64,000 bases of DNA from an uncultured Acidimicrobiia bacterium. Lineage in GTDB: Bacteria > Acidobacteriota > Terriglobia > Versatilivoradales > Versatilivoraceae. Every line of letters begins with the position of its first letter. Within the stretch, counting starts at the first letter, position 1. The stretch is taken from positions 64,001 through 128,000 of the forward strand of contig CAWBAT010000007.1 of NCBI GenBank assembly GCA_963786955.1. Reading direction: 5' to 3'. The notes under the pieces were generated by a model. It did no database searches. It was not told where the DNA came from and was given only the letters and a program-made list of their open reading frames with translations. The translations under genes and the position numbers were made by a program. Positions 10,281 to 22,455 of this stretch are shown in pieces.

Positions 10281-10357
10281 GCGCCCGTAGCTCAGTTGGA
10301 TAGAGCGTCGGACTTCGAATCCGCAGGTCGCCCGTTCGAGTCGGGCCGGGCGCACCA
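10281..10357 (+). tRNA. tRNA-Arg (anticodon TCG)
   Basis: GCGCCCG acceptor stem, D arm GCTC-AGTTGGATA-GAGC, anticodon loop CT-TCG-AA, T arm GCCCG-TTCGAGT-CGGGC, encoded CCA. Confidence 0.95.
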
Positions 10358-10545
10358 TCTTTTCAAGCACTTACAAGCATCTCCACTTCATCAATTCCTG
10401 CGGTCGTATTCGCCGCCAACGAGGGGTGTGAGAAATTCTGCATAGAACCCGGTGGGTTCGTTTCCCAATCGGTGCAGTCTCCTTTCCTCGGTGGGGTTGA
10501 TTTCGTTCGTGTTCTTCATAAAGACGGCGCCTGCGAAAGTGAGCA

Positions 10546-12243
<1,698 letters not shown>

Positions 12244-12260
12244 GATGATTGTCTCCTCTC

Positions 12261-12494
12261 TCACTTGCACGCCTGCGCCTTCTTGGCAACCAGATCCATC
12301 ATTTCTTCCCACGACTTGACGAACGATTCGGCGCCTTCCTTTGGCAGTTGCGCCGCCAGCTTGTCCATGTCGATGACAGGTACTTTGAGGTTTCCCCGCT
12401 TCAACATGGCTTGCAGCGACGGGAAGATCTTCTTGTAGGCCAGGTCGCCCGTGGCGCCAAAGAAGACCAGTGCGTCAGACTGGGATGCGTTCAT
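12261..12494 (-). pseudogene. In-frame chimera of zwf N-terminus and transaldolase C-terminus (deletion scar)
   Basis: [31 protein letters not shown] (G6PDH Rossmann start) joined to [25 protein letters not shown] (type II transaldolase C-terminal helix). Confidence 0.8.
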
Positions 12495-12504
12495 AGTGAT
12501 CTCC

Positions 12505-13522
12505 TCACTTCCCGGGCTTCTCATGGTGGCCGCCGAATTGGAAGCGCATCGCCGAGAGCAGCTTGTCCTGGTAATCCGACTCGCCGCGCGAACTGAAGCG
12601 TTGATAGAGCGCGGCTGAGAGCACCGGCACCGGCACGGCCTCATCGATGGCCGCCTTGATCGTCCAGCGCCCTTCGCCCGAATCGGAGACGCGACCAGCG
12701 AATTGCTGCAGATCAGCATCTTCGACCAGTGCCGCTGCCGTCAGGTCGAGCAGCCAGGAGGCAACGACACTGCCGCGCCGCCACACTTCGGCGATTTCGC
12801 CCAGGTCCAGGTCGTAGAGATAATGTTGCGGGTTGCGCAGTGGCGTCGTCTCCGCATCCACTTCGTGTTGATGCTTGCCGATGTTCGCGTCGCGCAGGAT
12901 ACCGAGCCCTTCGGCGTAGGCGGCCATGAGGCCATACTCAATGCCGTTGTGGACCATCTTCACAAAGTGGCCGGCACCATTTGGGCCGCAGTGCAAATAG
13001 CCGTTCTCGGCCGTGCCCTTGTTCTTCGGGCGATTTGGCGTGAGCGGAATATCACCGATACCGGGGGCCAGCGTGACGAAAATCGGGTCGAGATGCTTCA
13101 CGACCTCCGGCTCGCCGCCGATCATCATGCAATAGCCGCGCTCCAAGCCCCAAACGCCGCCGCTGGTGCCCACGTCCACGTAATGAATTTTCTTCGGGGC
13201 GAGTTCTTTGGCGCGACGAATATCGTCCACGTAATAGGAGTTGCCGCCGTCGATGAGAATATCGCCGGCTTCGAGCAGCGGAAGAATGTCGGCAATGGAC
13301 TGATCCACGACCGCCGCCGGCACCATCAGCCACACCGCGCGTGGCTTCTGCATTTTCTTCACCAGATCGGCGAGCGACGTCGCGCCCACCGCCTTTTCCT
13401 TGACCAAGTCATTCACCGCCTGCTGTGACCGGTCATAGACCACGCATTGGTGGCCGTTCTCTGATTAAACGCCGCACCATGTTGGCGCCCATCCGTCCGA
13501 GTCCGATCATTCCGAGCTGCAT
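12505..13522 (-). pseudogene. gnd: Decarboxylating 6-phosphogluconate dehydrogenase (short type) with a +1 frameshift near 13461
   Basis: [20 protein letters not shown] from 13522 is out of frame with NGHQCVVYD...[15 protein letters not shown]...[10 protein letters not shown]; span of 1018 nt is 3n+1. Confidence 0.85.
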
Positions 13523-13686
13523 ATGCTGTCTCCTTTCTTGCCTCTAACTATGAGTGTTGCATTGTGCTCTTTGCCCTGCGCGGACTTCGCCGCTATTTGT
13601 TCCGCAGTGCCTTTTTGCTGACCTCACTCGTGCCATGCTTTCAATGGGTTCTTCACCGTCTTCGCTTTCTCCTCTTGAGAGGCCCG

Positions 13687-14151
13687 TTAATGGGTTGCCT
13701 TGTGCGTGTAGCGTTCTTCAATGGCGTGCACTTTTGCTAGTCGCCGCAGGTGGCGCTCCTCCTGGGTTTTCTGGGCATTCACGAAAGCCTGCACCAGCTC
13801 GTGAGCCATCGCCGGCCCGATCACGCGGCCGCCCAGCACGAGGACATTCATGTGGTCGTGCTCCACGCCCTGGTGGGCTGAGTAAGTGTCATGGCATAAA
13901 CCTGCCCGGATGCCCGGAATCTTGTTCGCCGCGACAGAGGCGCCCACCCCGCTGCCGCAAATCACGATGCCGCGCTCGGCCTTTCCGTCGAGAACCGTCT
14001 GGCCAACCGCTTCGGTGAAATCTGGATAGTCCACGGGAGTCGTGTCGCCCGTGCCTACATCGATGACCTCGTGGCCCCATTCACGCAACAAGGCGCGAAC
14101 ACCTTCCTTCAGTTCAAATCCCGCATGGTCAGAGCCGACAGCAATTCGCAT
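13687..14151 (-). CDS. rpiB: Ribose-5-phosphate isomerase B
   Basis: [31 protein letters not shown]. Confidence 0.96.
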   Translation of the reverse strand: MRIAVGSDHAGFELKEGVRALLREWGHEVIDVGTGDTTPVDYPDFTEAVGQTVLDGKAERGIVICGSGVGASVAANKIPGIRAGLCHDTYSAHQGVEHDHMNVLVLGGRVIGPAMAHELVQAFVNAQKTQEERHLRRLAKVHAIEERYTHKATH

Positions 14152-14240
14152 GTTTGTTTCACCCTCCGTATCCGATCCATCGCCCGTCCCTCAAGGTCTC
14201 CCGTGAGAAACCTCAATGCCCCACTTAGCCTTTCCCTCGA

Positions 14241-16301
14241 CTATTTCGCCCGTTTCAATTGTTCTTTCGCGGCCGCCACAACGTTTTCTTTCGTGAAGCC
14301 GAACTCCTTCTGCAACACCTTCAAGGGTGCGGAGGCCCCGAAGGTTTTCATACCGAGAATCGCGCCGTCCAGCCCGACATAGTGCGCCCAGCCCCAGGTG
14401 GACGCCTGCTCCACGGCGACGCGGGCCCTGACCGAAGGGGGCAGGACGCTGTCGCGGTATTCCTGGCTCTGGCGTTCGAAGATTTCCCAGGACGGCATGC
14501 TCACCACACGGGCCCGGATGCCCTCGGCCTTGAGCTGCTCGTAGGCCGCCACGCAGAGCGACACCTCACTGCCCGTAGCCAGGAGTAGCACGTCCGGTTT
14601 GCCGCCCGCAGCGTCAGCTAGCACGTAAGCGCCCTTGCTCAGGCCGGAGGCCGGGGCATACTTCGTGCGATCGAGGGTGGGTAAGGCCTGCCGTGACAGA
14701 ATAAGCGCTGCTGGGTGGTGGCGCATCTGGAGGATGAACTTCCAGGCTTCGATCACCTCGTTCGCGTCCGCCGGACGAATCACGGCGAGGTTCGGAATGG
14801 CCCGCAACGAAATCAAGTGCTCGATGGGTTGATGCGTCGGCCCGTCCTCGCCGACCCCGATGGAGTCGTGCGTGAAGATATGGATCGCCGGGATCTCCAT
14901 CAGCGCACTCAGGCGAATGGCACAGCGGGCGTAGTCGCTGAAGATGAGAAACCCGGAACCGTACGGCCGCAACTTTGAAACCGACAGGCCGTTGAGAATG
15001 GCTCCCATCGCGTGCTCACGGATCCCGAAATGGAGATTCCGGCCTCCGTAGCTGCCGGCTTGAAAATCGCCGGCGCCCTCGAAATTGAGCCTGGTCTTGG
15101 TGGACGGGGTCAGATCCGCCGAACCACCGATGAGCCAGGGGACGTTCTTGGCGACCGCGTTCAGCACCTTGGCTGAAGACTCGCGCCCGCCCATGCCCTT
15201 CGGGTCCGGGGGAAAAACGGGCAGGTTCTTATCCCAGCCATCGGGCAGTTCCCGGCGCTGCATCTTTTCGATCTCCTCCGCCAGCTGCGGAAATTGGCGC
15301 CGGTACTCCCCGAACTTGGATTCCCAGGCTGTCCGCAGTTCGCGGCCTCGCCGGCCGATCCCTTGCTGGAAGTGTTCCCGCACCCCCTCGGGCACCAGGA
15401 ACTGCGCCTCTTCCGGCCAGCCGTAGCTGCGCTTGGTCAACTTCACCTCTTCTTCACCGAGCGGTTCGCCGTGGACCGATGAAGTGCCCGCTTTGTGGGG
15501 AGAACCGTATCCAATGTGACTGTCCACAATGATCAACGTGGGCCGGTCCGTCGTTTTCCTGAAACTGTTCAACGCCCGATCCAGCCGATCGAGGTCATTG
15601 GCGTCGCCCACGCGCTCGACGTTCCAGCCATAAGACAAGAACCGCGACGCGACGTCGTCACGGAAGGCAATGTTCGTGTGGCCCTCGATCGTGATGCGGT
15701 TGCTGTCGTAGAGCCAGCAGAGGTTGCTGAGCTCAAGGTGACCGGCAAGGGAAGCGGCCTCGTTCGAGATCCCTTCCATCATGCAGCCGTCGCCGCACAG
15801 GGCATAGACATCGTAATCGAACAGGTCAAAGCCAGGCCGGTTGTATCGCGCGGCAAGCCATTTGGATGCCATTGCCATTCCCACGCTCATGGCAACGCCC
15901 TGGCCGAGAGGCCCCGTCGTACATTCCACACCCGAGGTCCAGCGATATTCCGGATGGCCGGCGCACCGGCTGCCGAACTGGCGGAAGGTCTTAATGTCGT
16001 CGAGGGAAACGGACGGTTTGCCGACGACCTCGTAATCCGGGTCCACGGCCTTCACACCGGTGAGATGCAGGATCGAATAGAGCAGCATCGAGGCATGTCC
16101 GGCAGAAAGCACGAAGCGGTCGCGATTTGGCCAGATGGGTTCTTCCGGGTCGAAGCGCAGAAAGCGTTGCCACAGACAATACACCACCGGGGCCATCCCC
16201 ATCGGGGTGCCGGGATGGCCGGAATTGGCCTTTTGGATGGCATCAATGGAGAGCGTGCGAATCGTATTGATCGATAATTGACTGACTTCCATATCCGTCA
16301 T
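14241..16301 (-). CDS. tkt: Transketolase
   Basis: SGHPG, NRDRFVLSAGH, GDGCMMEG (TPP motif), THDSIGVGEDGPTHQP. Confidence 0.97.
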   Translation of the reverse strand: MTDMEVSQLSINTIRTLSIDAIQKANSGHPGTPMGMAPVVYCLWQRFLRFDPEEPIWPNRDRFVLSAGHASMLLYSILHLTGVKAVDPDYEVVGKPSVSLDDIKTFRQFGSRCAGHPEYRWTSGVECTTGPLGQGVAMSVGMAMASKWLAARYNRPGFDLFDYDVYALCGDGCMMEGISNEAASLAGHLELSNLCWLYDSNRITIEGHTNIAFRDDVASRFLSYGWNVERVGDANDLDRLDRALNSFRKTTDRPTLIIVDSHIGYGSPHKAGTSSVHGEPLGEEEVKLTKRSYGWPEEAQFLVPEGVREHFQQGIGRRGRELRTAWESKFGEYRRQFPQLAEEIEKMQRRELPDGWDKNLPVFPPDPKGMGGRESSAKVLNAVAKNVPWLIGGSADLTPSTKTRLNFEGAGDFQAGSYGGRNLHFGIREHAMGAILNGLSVSKLRPYGSGFLIFSDYARCAIRLSALMEIPAIHIFTHDSIGVGEDGPTHQPIEHLISLRAIPNLAVIRPADANEVIEAWKFILQMRHHPAALILSRQALPTLDRTKYAPASGLSKGAYVLADAAGGKPDVLLLATGSEVSLCVAAYEQLKAEGIRARVVSMPSWEIFERQSQEYRDSVLPPSVRARVAVEQASTWGWAHYVGLDGAILGMKTFGASAPLKVLQKEFGFTKENVVAAAKEQLKRAK

Positions 16302-16577
16302 GGTTCTTTCCTTTCAGCTGAAAAATCAGCCTGGCGCAGAAGTTATGGAGCAGAACTCCCTGGAGATTGGACGTTTTTGGTAGCCACGATTAAACGCTTA
16401 TTTTGCGTTTAATCGTGGGCCGTTCGGGGATCTCGCGCACAAACCCACGATTGCCGCGAAATAACGCGGCAATCGTGGCTACCAGTCTCCCCTGATTAGC
16501 GGCCCGAAGAAGACCTCCAGCCTGTTCGAGCCGCCAGTGCGGGAACGGCCTCGGGCCTGCGTGCCGGGCCTCTGTCG

Positions 16578-16694
16578 TCATTTCTTCCGCGCCGCGCGCG
16601 GCAAAATGAAGCGTTCTACCGCATTGGCAAACCCCTCTTCCTCACAGGAGGTCGTCACGCACGTCGCTTGCCGCTGCACTTCTTCGCTTGCATT
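16578..16694 (-). pseudogene. C-terminal remnant of a Cof-type HAD-IIB hydrolase
   Basis: Manual translation NASEEVQRQATCVTTSCEEEGFANAVERFILPRAARKK* matches the Cof C-terminus; no upstream part is present. Confidence 0.65.
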
Positions 16695-16773
16695 GTGACC
16701 CCTTTTTCTTCTTGCGCCTAGCAAAGCAGCCGCTCATTTACTTGAGGATCTATGAAAAAAAGTCGGTTCTTCC

Positions 16774-18525
16774 TCATGGCACAATCGGGACTACCAGGGC
16801 GGAGGAGTGTTCGCGGTCGTGATAAATGATATTGGTGGCTTTCAGTTCTGCTGCAGCGCTCTGCGGGTTCTCGCCAGTGTTAAGGTTTCGGCTGAAGCGC
16901 GGGAAGTTACTACTCGCAACTTCCAGCCGGAGTTTGTGACCGGCCAGGAATACGTTGGAAGTGGACCATAGATCGATGACAAGTTTATACACTTTTCCTG
17001 GAGTCATGAACTCGGCCTTGTCCATCGTATTCCGATAGCGGGCCCGCAGAATCCCATCCGTTAGGTTGCGTGCAATCCCATCGGGCGACACATCCACAAG
17101 CTTCCCCACGAAGTCCGTGTCGACAGTCGAAGAGCTGACAAAGAGCTCCAGCGTGATCTGACCGGTCACATCTGTATCCTGTTCAAAGGCAGAGGTCGTG
17201 TAGACGAGTACGTCTGTACGGGCTTCCACCTTCCTCTGGTCGAGTGGACCGGGAGGGACTCGTACAGGATCTCCGAGTACCGCCCCGCCTTGGGTTGGCA
17301 CGGGATCTGCGGGATCGTAGACGTAACGGTCGGCGGGTTCGGAGGTGGGAAGTATCGTGCTTAAAGTGCCATTGCCACTGAGCGAGTTGGCCTTTCCATT
17401 GGAGTGGAGATAGTAGCGCGTCACCTTGGCACGCGCCGGCGGCCAGTCGTCTTCGTCCTGCCAGACATTCTTGCCCATGACGAAGACCTTGACAGGTTTC
17501 TCGCGGACCATACCGTTGTCCACGCCCTTCAGAACGTAGTCGTACCAGCGGAGACCAAGCGCCCAGGTATCTAGTACCGAGTCTTTTCCGAAATCGACAT
17601 CGCCGATTGTTGGCCCAGCGCCAGCATGTCCGCCTACACTGATCACCAGTCGTTGACCATTTCTGGCGGCCTCGCTGCCCCCATGCGCCTTGATGCCGGC
17701 GTAGTTTCGTATGGAGCCGTCCTGGAAGATGTCATACCAAGCGGCGACGTGCAGCGCCGGAACCAGTATTTGGTTAAAGTGCTCCTCGATTGACCATTGT
17801 TTCCAGTACTCGTCATAGGCAGGGTGAGCAATCCAATCAAAGTAGTAGACCGCCAAGTCACCCACGGCACCCAACTCCAGCAACGGATAATCGGCAGGCG
17901 TCCGTTTTGGATCCCAATATAAAGGTTGAGCGCTTTTAGCGACACGCCGTTGGAGCGTGTCGAGTGCCAGCGCAGAGCACCAAGCTTGGGCGAGTAATTG
18001 TGAAAAAGCGCCGCCCTGGTAGGCCCAGTGCGAATGATAGTTGGATGCCGTGACTACCGGCATGATGCAAGAGAGATGCGGCGGAGCGGCCACAGCCGCG
18101 AGCAGTTGTGTCGCGCCAACATAGGAGCCACCATACATGCCCACCTTGCCATTGGAATAGGGCAAGCCGGCCGCCCACTCCACGGTATCGTATCCGTCCG
18201 CAGATTCGTACTTAAAGGGGTACCAATCGCCTTCGGAAGCGTTGCGACCCCGCACGTCTTGCACGATGTAAATATATCCCTGGGCAGCTGCCTTCAACCC
18301 CAAGCCGACGCCGCTACGTTTGTCATAAGGGGTGCGTTCGAGGATAACAGGGAATTTCCCATCCCCCACGGGACGGTACACGTCGCCTCGGAGGGTGACT
18401 CCATCACGGGTCTTCATGGTCACGTTGTTTTCAATCTTGACTTCGTACGAGTCGCGAGCTGAGACTTCGACAGCAAAACCGAGTATGACGGCGGCCCAGA
18501 TGAGAGTGGGTCGATTCATGCGCAT
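16774..18525 (-). CDS. Secreted CocE/NonD-family (peptidase S15) serine hydrolase
   Basis: Signal peptide, TRDGVTL, RTPY, QDVRGR, GGSYVG nucleophile motif, SSNFPRF.RNLNTG. Confidence 0.92.
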   Translation of the reverse strand: MRMNRPTLIWAAVILGFAVEVSARDSYEVKIENNVTMKTRDGVTLRGDVYRPVGDGKFPVILERTPYDKRSGVGLGLKAAAQGYIYIVQDVRGRNASEGDWYPFKYESADGYDTVEWAAGLPYSNGKVGMYGGSYVGATQLLAAVAAPPHLSCIMPVVTASNYHSHWAYQGGAFSQLLAQAWCSALALDTLQRRVAKSAQPLYWDPKRTPADYPLLELGAVGDLAVYYFDWIAHPAYDEYWKQWSIEEHFNQILVPALHVAAWYDIFQDGSIRNYAGIKAHGGSEAARNGQRLVISVGGHAGAGPTIGDVDFGKDSVLDTWALGLRWYDYVLKGVDNGMVREKPVKVFVMGKNVWQDEDDWPPARAKVTRYYLHSNGKANSLSGNGTLSTILPTSEPADRYVYDPADPVPTQGGAVLGDPVRVPPGPLDQRKVEARTDVLVYTTSAFEQDTDVTGQITLELFVSSSTVDTDFVGKLVDVSPDGIARNLTDGILRARYRNTMDKAEFMTPGKVYKLVIDLWSTSNVFLAGHKLRLEVASSNFPRFSRNLNTGENPQSAAAELKATNIIYHDREHSSALVVPIVP

Positions 18526-19227
18526 AAAGTGAACTCCCTATAGATGCTTCGACAAATTCGTTTGGTGAGAAAAGACGGCCTCTTCCATTGCCTGAACTCC
18601 TGGTAGTGGCGGATGGTCAGATCCTGTCCAGCAGCGACTTGTAAACTTCAAGAACGCTAAGCTCCGATTGACCCACCAACGCCGAGGCATCGCGTGCCGC
18701 GTTTTTCACAAGGGAGTTATTCAAGTTAGACAGCGGGGATCCCGCAACCTCTGATGTGTTTTCATGACAGCCCACCTCAATCTTGACGCGGGCAAGAATT
18801 CTCCCACAAGTGGAACACGGAAGAAAATATAAAACCTAACAGCCATGGTCTTCTATTGACTCATGGGAGCAACGATTGTTCCGACAGGGCTCATTCAATA
18901 ATGATCGGGTCTGATAGCGGTATTTTGAGAATCGGATAGACCTCTGAAAACCGACGAGACAAACTCATTTTTTGACGTCTCCCTTGCAGTCCTATTCAAA
19001 GCGAATTAGGAGACCGCCCTTGCTCTGGATTCAGCATCATGCTCACCCTGGACTAGGATGTGTCGAAGTAGCAGGAGTCCGAGATCATTTTCGAAGAGAG
19101 ATCTGATGGCCGCGCGGCTCGCGTGACTTCGATCTGGGGATATGAATGCCGGATAGCCCTACTGGTGCTTCTGCTTGCGTCTTCAGTTATCAGTCTGTTA
19201 ACCATTCAAGAACGGGCGATTGCATTT

Positions 19228-19281
19228 GCAGGTTGCCCGTTCGAGGCGGGCCGGGCGCACCATCTTTTCAATCATTTATAA
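19228..19281 (+). repeat. Duplicated tRNA-Arg 3' end (att-like direct repeat)
   Basis: gcaggttgcccgttcgaggcgggccgggcgcaccatcttttcaatcatttataa versus gcaggtcgcccgttcgagtcgggccgggcgcaccatcttttcaagcacttacaa at 10323. Confidence 0.92.
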
Positions 19282-19856
19282 CCCAAGCCACCTCGTCTGC
19301 TTAAGAAGAAATCCGGGTTTTGAATAAGAGTTTCCTTTACTTTTGATCGAATTCAATTCAACCAGATTCGTGCATGAACCCTCTGGGATCAGTAACTCGA
19401 AGGAGGGGATAGGCATGGTTAGACCTTTGGAGGCAGGGCAAGGCTTAGTGCTCCCTGTGAGACTTCTCTAAATCTATTGGCATCAACAGCTGAGAGATTA
19501 CTAAAGCAGACAAAATGTTGAGCCGATGATGATTTTGTCAGAAAGTGTGTCGAAAGGTTGAATTCTACTGACCAAACGGTTCAAGTTGGGAACTACAAAC
19601 TCAATTTTGTCTACATCTTCAGATCTCATGATGCCAATGAGTCGCAACTTTGTTACCCAGAAGCGGAATCATCCCTAGTCTTTCATGGAACACAGGATCC
19701 ATCCAAATTGAGATTGCAATCAATGAGATTTTGGAGACGATCGTGCAACGGTGTACAGGCACTTATAAAGTCTAGGGCTCGCTAGAGGTATCTAACCCAA
19801 CCTCAGGAAATGAAGGAAATGAAACGCGAGATTGAGAGGAATCGAGAACTAATCTA

Positions 19857-21026
19857 ATGGGAAACTCTAATAAACCCCAGGGAAATTTTGGCAGAACTTC
19901 AAACAAGCCGGCGAGAACGTCCGGGACTCTGACGGACTCCCCGGCTGGATCGCCCCGTGCCAAGAAGGCGTTGCCTCTACTCATGGGTCCGAGCGGAGAG
20001 GGCTTGTCTCCGACTCAGGGCGACCTGGGACAAAACCAAGGGCCGACTCCTTCACATATTTTTGCACAGTTGACCGATCCGAATTTCCAAGAGAGTCTCC
20101 CGATTCTGGATGAAGTGATTGATGGATTGGATGATGCATTTGACAACGTCTGGTCGATTGATCCAGAAATTGACTCCAACCATGGGATTCACCTGACAGA
20201 ATGCGAAGCTTCGATCCAGGAGCTTTTTTGCCAGATTGCGGCAACCTATTCAGTTCCTCTTAAGAATTTTATTTTCACGCTTCAAAGCCATACCGCTACC
20301 AAAAACACCATTGAATTTTGTCGTCCGATTTTACACAGCATTCGTAGTGCGGCAGAATCCATTAACTTGAATAAAGCGGTCCATCGAATGGATCAATTCG
20401 ATGCTGCTCTCGCGGAGGGACAATCCGGCGCTAACCTTTTCATAAAGGACGAAGTTCGAAAGAAGATTCTTGATGCGTATGGGGCCTTAGCAGAAGTCTT
20501 GCCAGGAACATTTCAGTTTGGAGAAGAAAGCCGAAAGCGCGAAGACATCATCATCCATTCCTTGTTTCAGCAGATACCAGGTGTGGGGGAAAGGGCTTTC
20601 GAGAAGCTTTCCTGCTGCGGCTTAGGATCACTGCACATGCTGTTTTCGGCCAATCCGGAAGATTTAGCTGCCGCTACGGGAATTCAGCGAAACCTTTGTG
20701 TGAAGATCTGCAATAAGATTCAACAGTACTCTAAAGAAGCCGAGCAACGGGCGTGTGAAAGCAGCCAGTCTGGTTATCATTCTCGCTTGGTCGAACTCGC
20801 CAATAAATTGCAGAAGTTGGGCCAGGGCGAAAAAGCGGGAGTGACGTCCCGTTCCGCCTCAAACAAGTCTCGCCAAGGTCAGGCCCGACGCCAGCGTCGC
20901 AGCCAGATCCTTCTGGAAGTGAATATCATTCTGGCGGAATTAGGCGAACTGGAACTCATTCTTCGCATACAAAAGGCCTCTCCCAAAGAAAAGATCCAAA
21001 TCCTCAATCAGTCTCTGCCCGGCTAA
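19857..21026 (+). CDS. Helix-hairpin-helix domain-containing protein, function unknown
   Basis: 389-aa ORF; FQQIPGVGERAFEKL..GLGSL..L..ANPEDLAAATGI is HhH-like. Confidence 0.65.
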   Translation: MGNSNKPQGNFGRTSNKPARTSGTLTDSPAGSPRAKKALPLLMGPSGEGLSPTQGDLGQNQGPTPSHIFAQLTDPNFQESLPILDEVIDGLDDAFDNVWSIDPEIDSNHGIHLTECEASIQELFCQIAATYSVPLKNFIFTLQSHTATKNTIEFCRPILHSIRSAAESINLNKAVHRMDQFDAALAEGQSGANLFIKDEVRKKILDAYGALAEVLPGTFQFGEESRKREDIIIHSLFQQIPGVGERAFEKLSCCGLGSLHMLFSANPEDLAAATGIQRNLCVKICNKIQQYSKEAEQRACESSQSGYHSRLVELANKLQKLGQGEKAGVTSRSASNKSRQGQARRQRRSQILLEVNIILAELGELELILRIQKASPKEKIQILNQSLPG

Positions 21027-21226
21027 AACGGTTCAGCCAGACGCTTCCTACCGAAACCCAATTTTGAGTCATCAGTGGAATCTGCTGTACGGCAGATGTC
21101 ACCCTGCTCATGACTATCGCAATCATGGCCTCGTAAAGCTTGACCTTCCAATGCCAAACTAGCCAACGGGACGGCGGACTCCGCCGTTGGCGCTTAACAG
21201 CAGGTAGAAGAGCCCGAGGAGGCTAG

Positions 21227-21327
21227 CACTAAATTGCAAGAGTCCGTGTTGTAGCTGGCCCCGCTGGGGCCGGTCGGGGTCAACGTCCCCGGCTACAGCA
21301 ATTACCGCGAATCTATGCAACTTAGCA
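21227..21327. repeat. MITE-like element containing a GTAG-type palindrome
   Basis: CTAG flanks at 21223-21226 and 21328-21331; imperfect terminal IRs cactaaattgca / tgcaacttagca; internal tgtagc...gctaca. Confidence 0.45.
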
Positions 21328-21551
21328 CTAGGCTATAGCCAGAATAATATATAGACACAGTGAGTAAGACGAATAGAATAGGCGATGAATTTGAGGTAAA
21401 TGTGGACCAACTCAATGGAGCTCATTGGCCTTTCAGACTTCAGCACCGCATTGCTTTGTAACAATACAATACATGAGATTCCGAAAACTTCTCGGGACTG
21501 GATATCAAGAGAGCGTCCACGATCATTAACTATTCATTGGGAGAAATCGGC

Positions 21552-22328
21552 ATGAACCCTATTTCATTCATTGTCATCTTTGCCAGTTGCATGTTGGCCG
21601 GAATGTTCCTTTTTCTTGAATTAGGCCGGCATATCGGCCTCCGGCAGAAGGCGAAGGATCCAGAAGGTGTGCGCCAAGGACTTGGCGCCGTTGAAGGCGC
21701 GATATTCGGCTTATTGGGCTTGCTGATTGCATTTACCTTTTCTGGCGCCGCCGCACGATTCGACATGCGCAGGCAGCTCATTGTGGAGGAAGCGAATGCG
21801 ATTGGGACTGCCTACTTGCGGATCGACTTGCTTCCACCCGGAGCGCAGCCAGGATTGAGGGAGAGCTTCCGGCAGTATGTGGATGCTCGCCTTGCAGTCT
21901 ATCGAGCGCTACCGGACATCGCAGTGGCAAAGGCGGAACTCGTGAAAGCCACAGCACTCCAGGGGGAAATATGGAAACAAGCGGTTACCGCTTGTCAGCA
22001 GGTGAGTTCGCCAGCCACGATGACACTTGTTTTGACTGCGCTAAACGAGATGATCGACATTACGACCACGCGAACCGTTGCGCTTAAAACGCATCCGCCA
22101 CCGATTATCTTTGGGATGCTTGTCGGGCTGGCCCTGGCCAGTTCAATGTTGGCCGGCTATGGGATGTCTAGTGGGAAGTTGCGCAGCTGGCTTCACATTC
22201 TCGGGTTTACAGCGATGATGGCGATAACGCTGTATGTCATCTTCGACCTGGAATATCCAAGGTTTGGGTTTATCCGGATTGACGCTTTCGATCAAGTCCT
22301 CATAGAAGTTAGGAATAGCATGAAATGA
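21552..22328 (+). CDS. DUF4239 (bestrophin-like) membrane protein
   Basis: LLIAFTFSGAAARFDMRRQLIVEEANAIGTAYLR, DLEYPR.G.I; several TM helices. Confidence 0.85.
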   Translation: MNPISFIVIFASCMLAGMFLFLELGRHIGLRQKAKDPEGVRQGLGAVEGAIFGLLGLLIAFTFSGAAARFDMRRQLIVEEANAIGTAYLRIDLLPPGAQPGLRESFRQYVDARLAVYRALPDIAVAKAELVKATALQGEIWKQAVTACQQVSSPATMTLVLTALNEMIDITTTRTVALKTHPPPIIFGMLVGLALASSMLAGYGMSSGKLRSWLHILGFTAMMAITLYVIFDLEYPRFGFIRIDAFDQVLIEVRNSMK

Positions 22329-22455
22329 ACTTAGTTGCTTTCTCGAGCTCAATGATTGAAGCGGTGAGCACAACATCGTATTAGGGTGTAATTCAAGATA
22401 GTGGGAAACATTTCGGTATCAGACAGCCCTGATTTCTTGTGCAGGAGCAATCCCT

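Noticed and set aside
9771-10445. 224-aa ORF in the track
   Set aside because: It runs through the tRNA; only a short part is integrase-like before the frameshift.
10421-10447. IS256-like terminal repeat GAGGGGTGTGAGAAATTCTGCATAGAA just inside the island
   Set aside because: Resemblance only; no transposase or matching partner end was found.
12261-12719. 152-aa ORF
   Set aside because: Its first half is an off-frame overlap with gnd; the plausible start is 12494, which has an RBS.
18530-19850. Long ORF-poor stretch around the att repeat as a possible ncRNA
   Set aside because: No recognisable structure or motif beyond the tRNA fragment; probably decayed island sequence.
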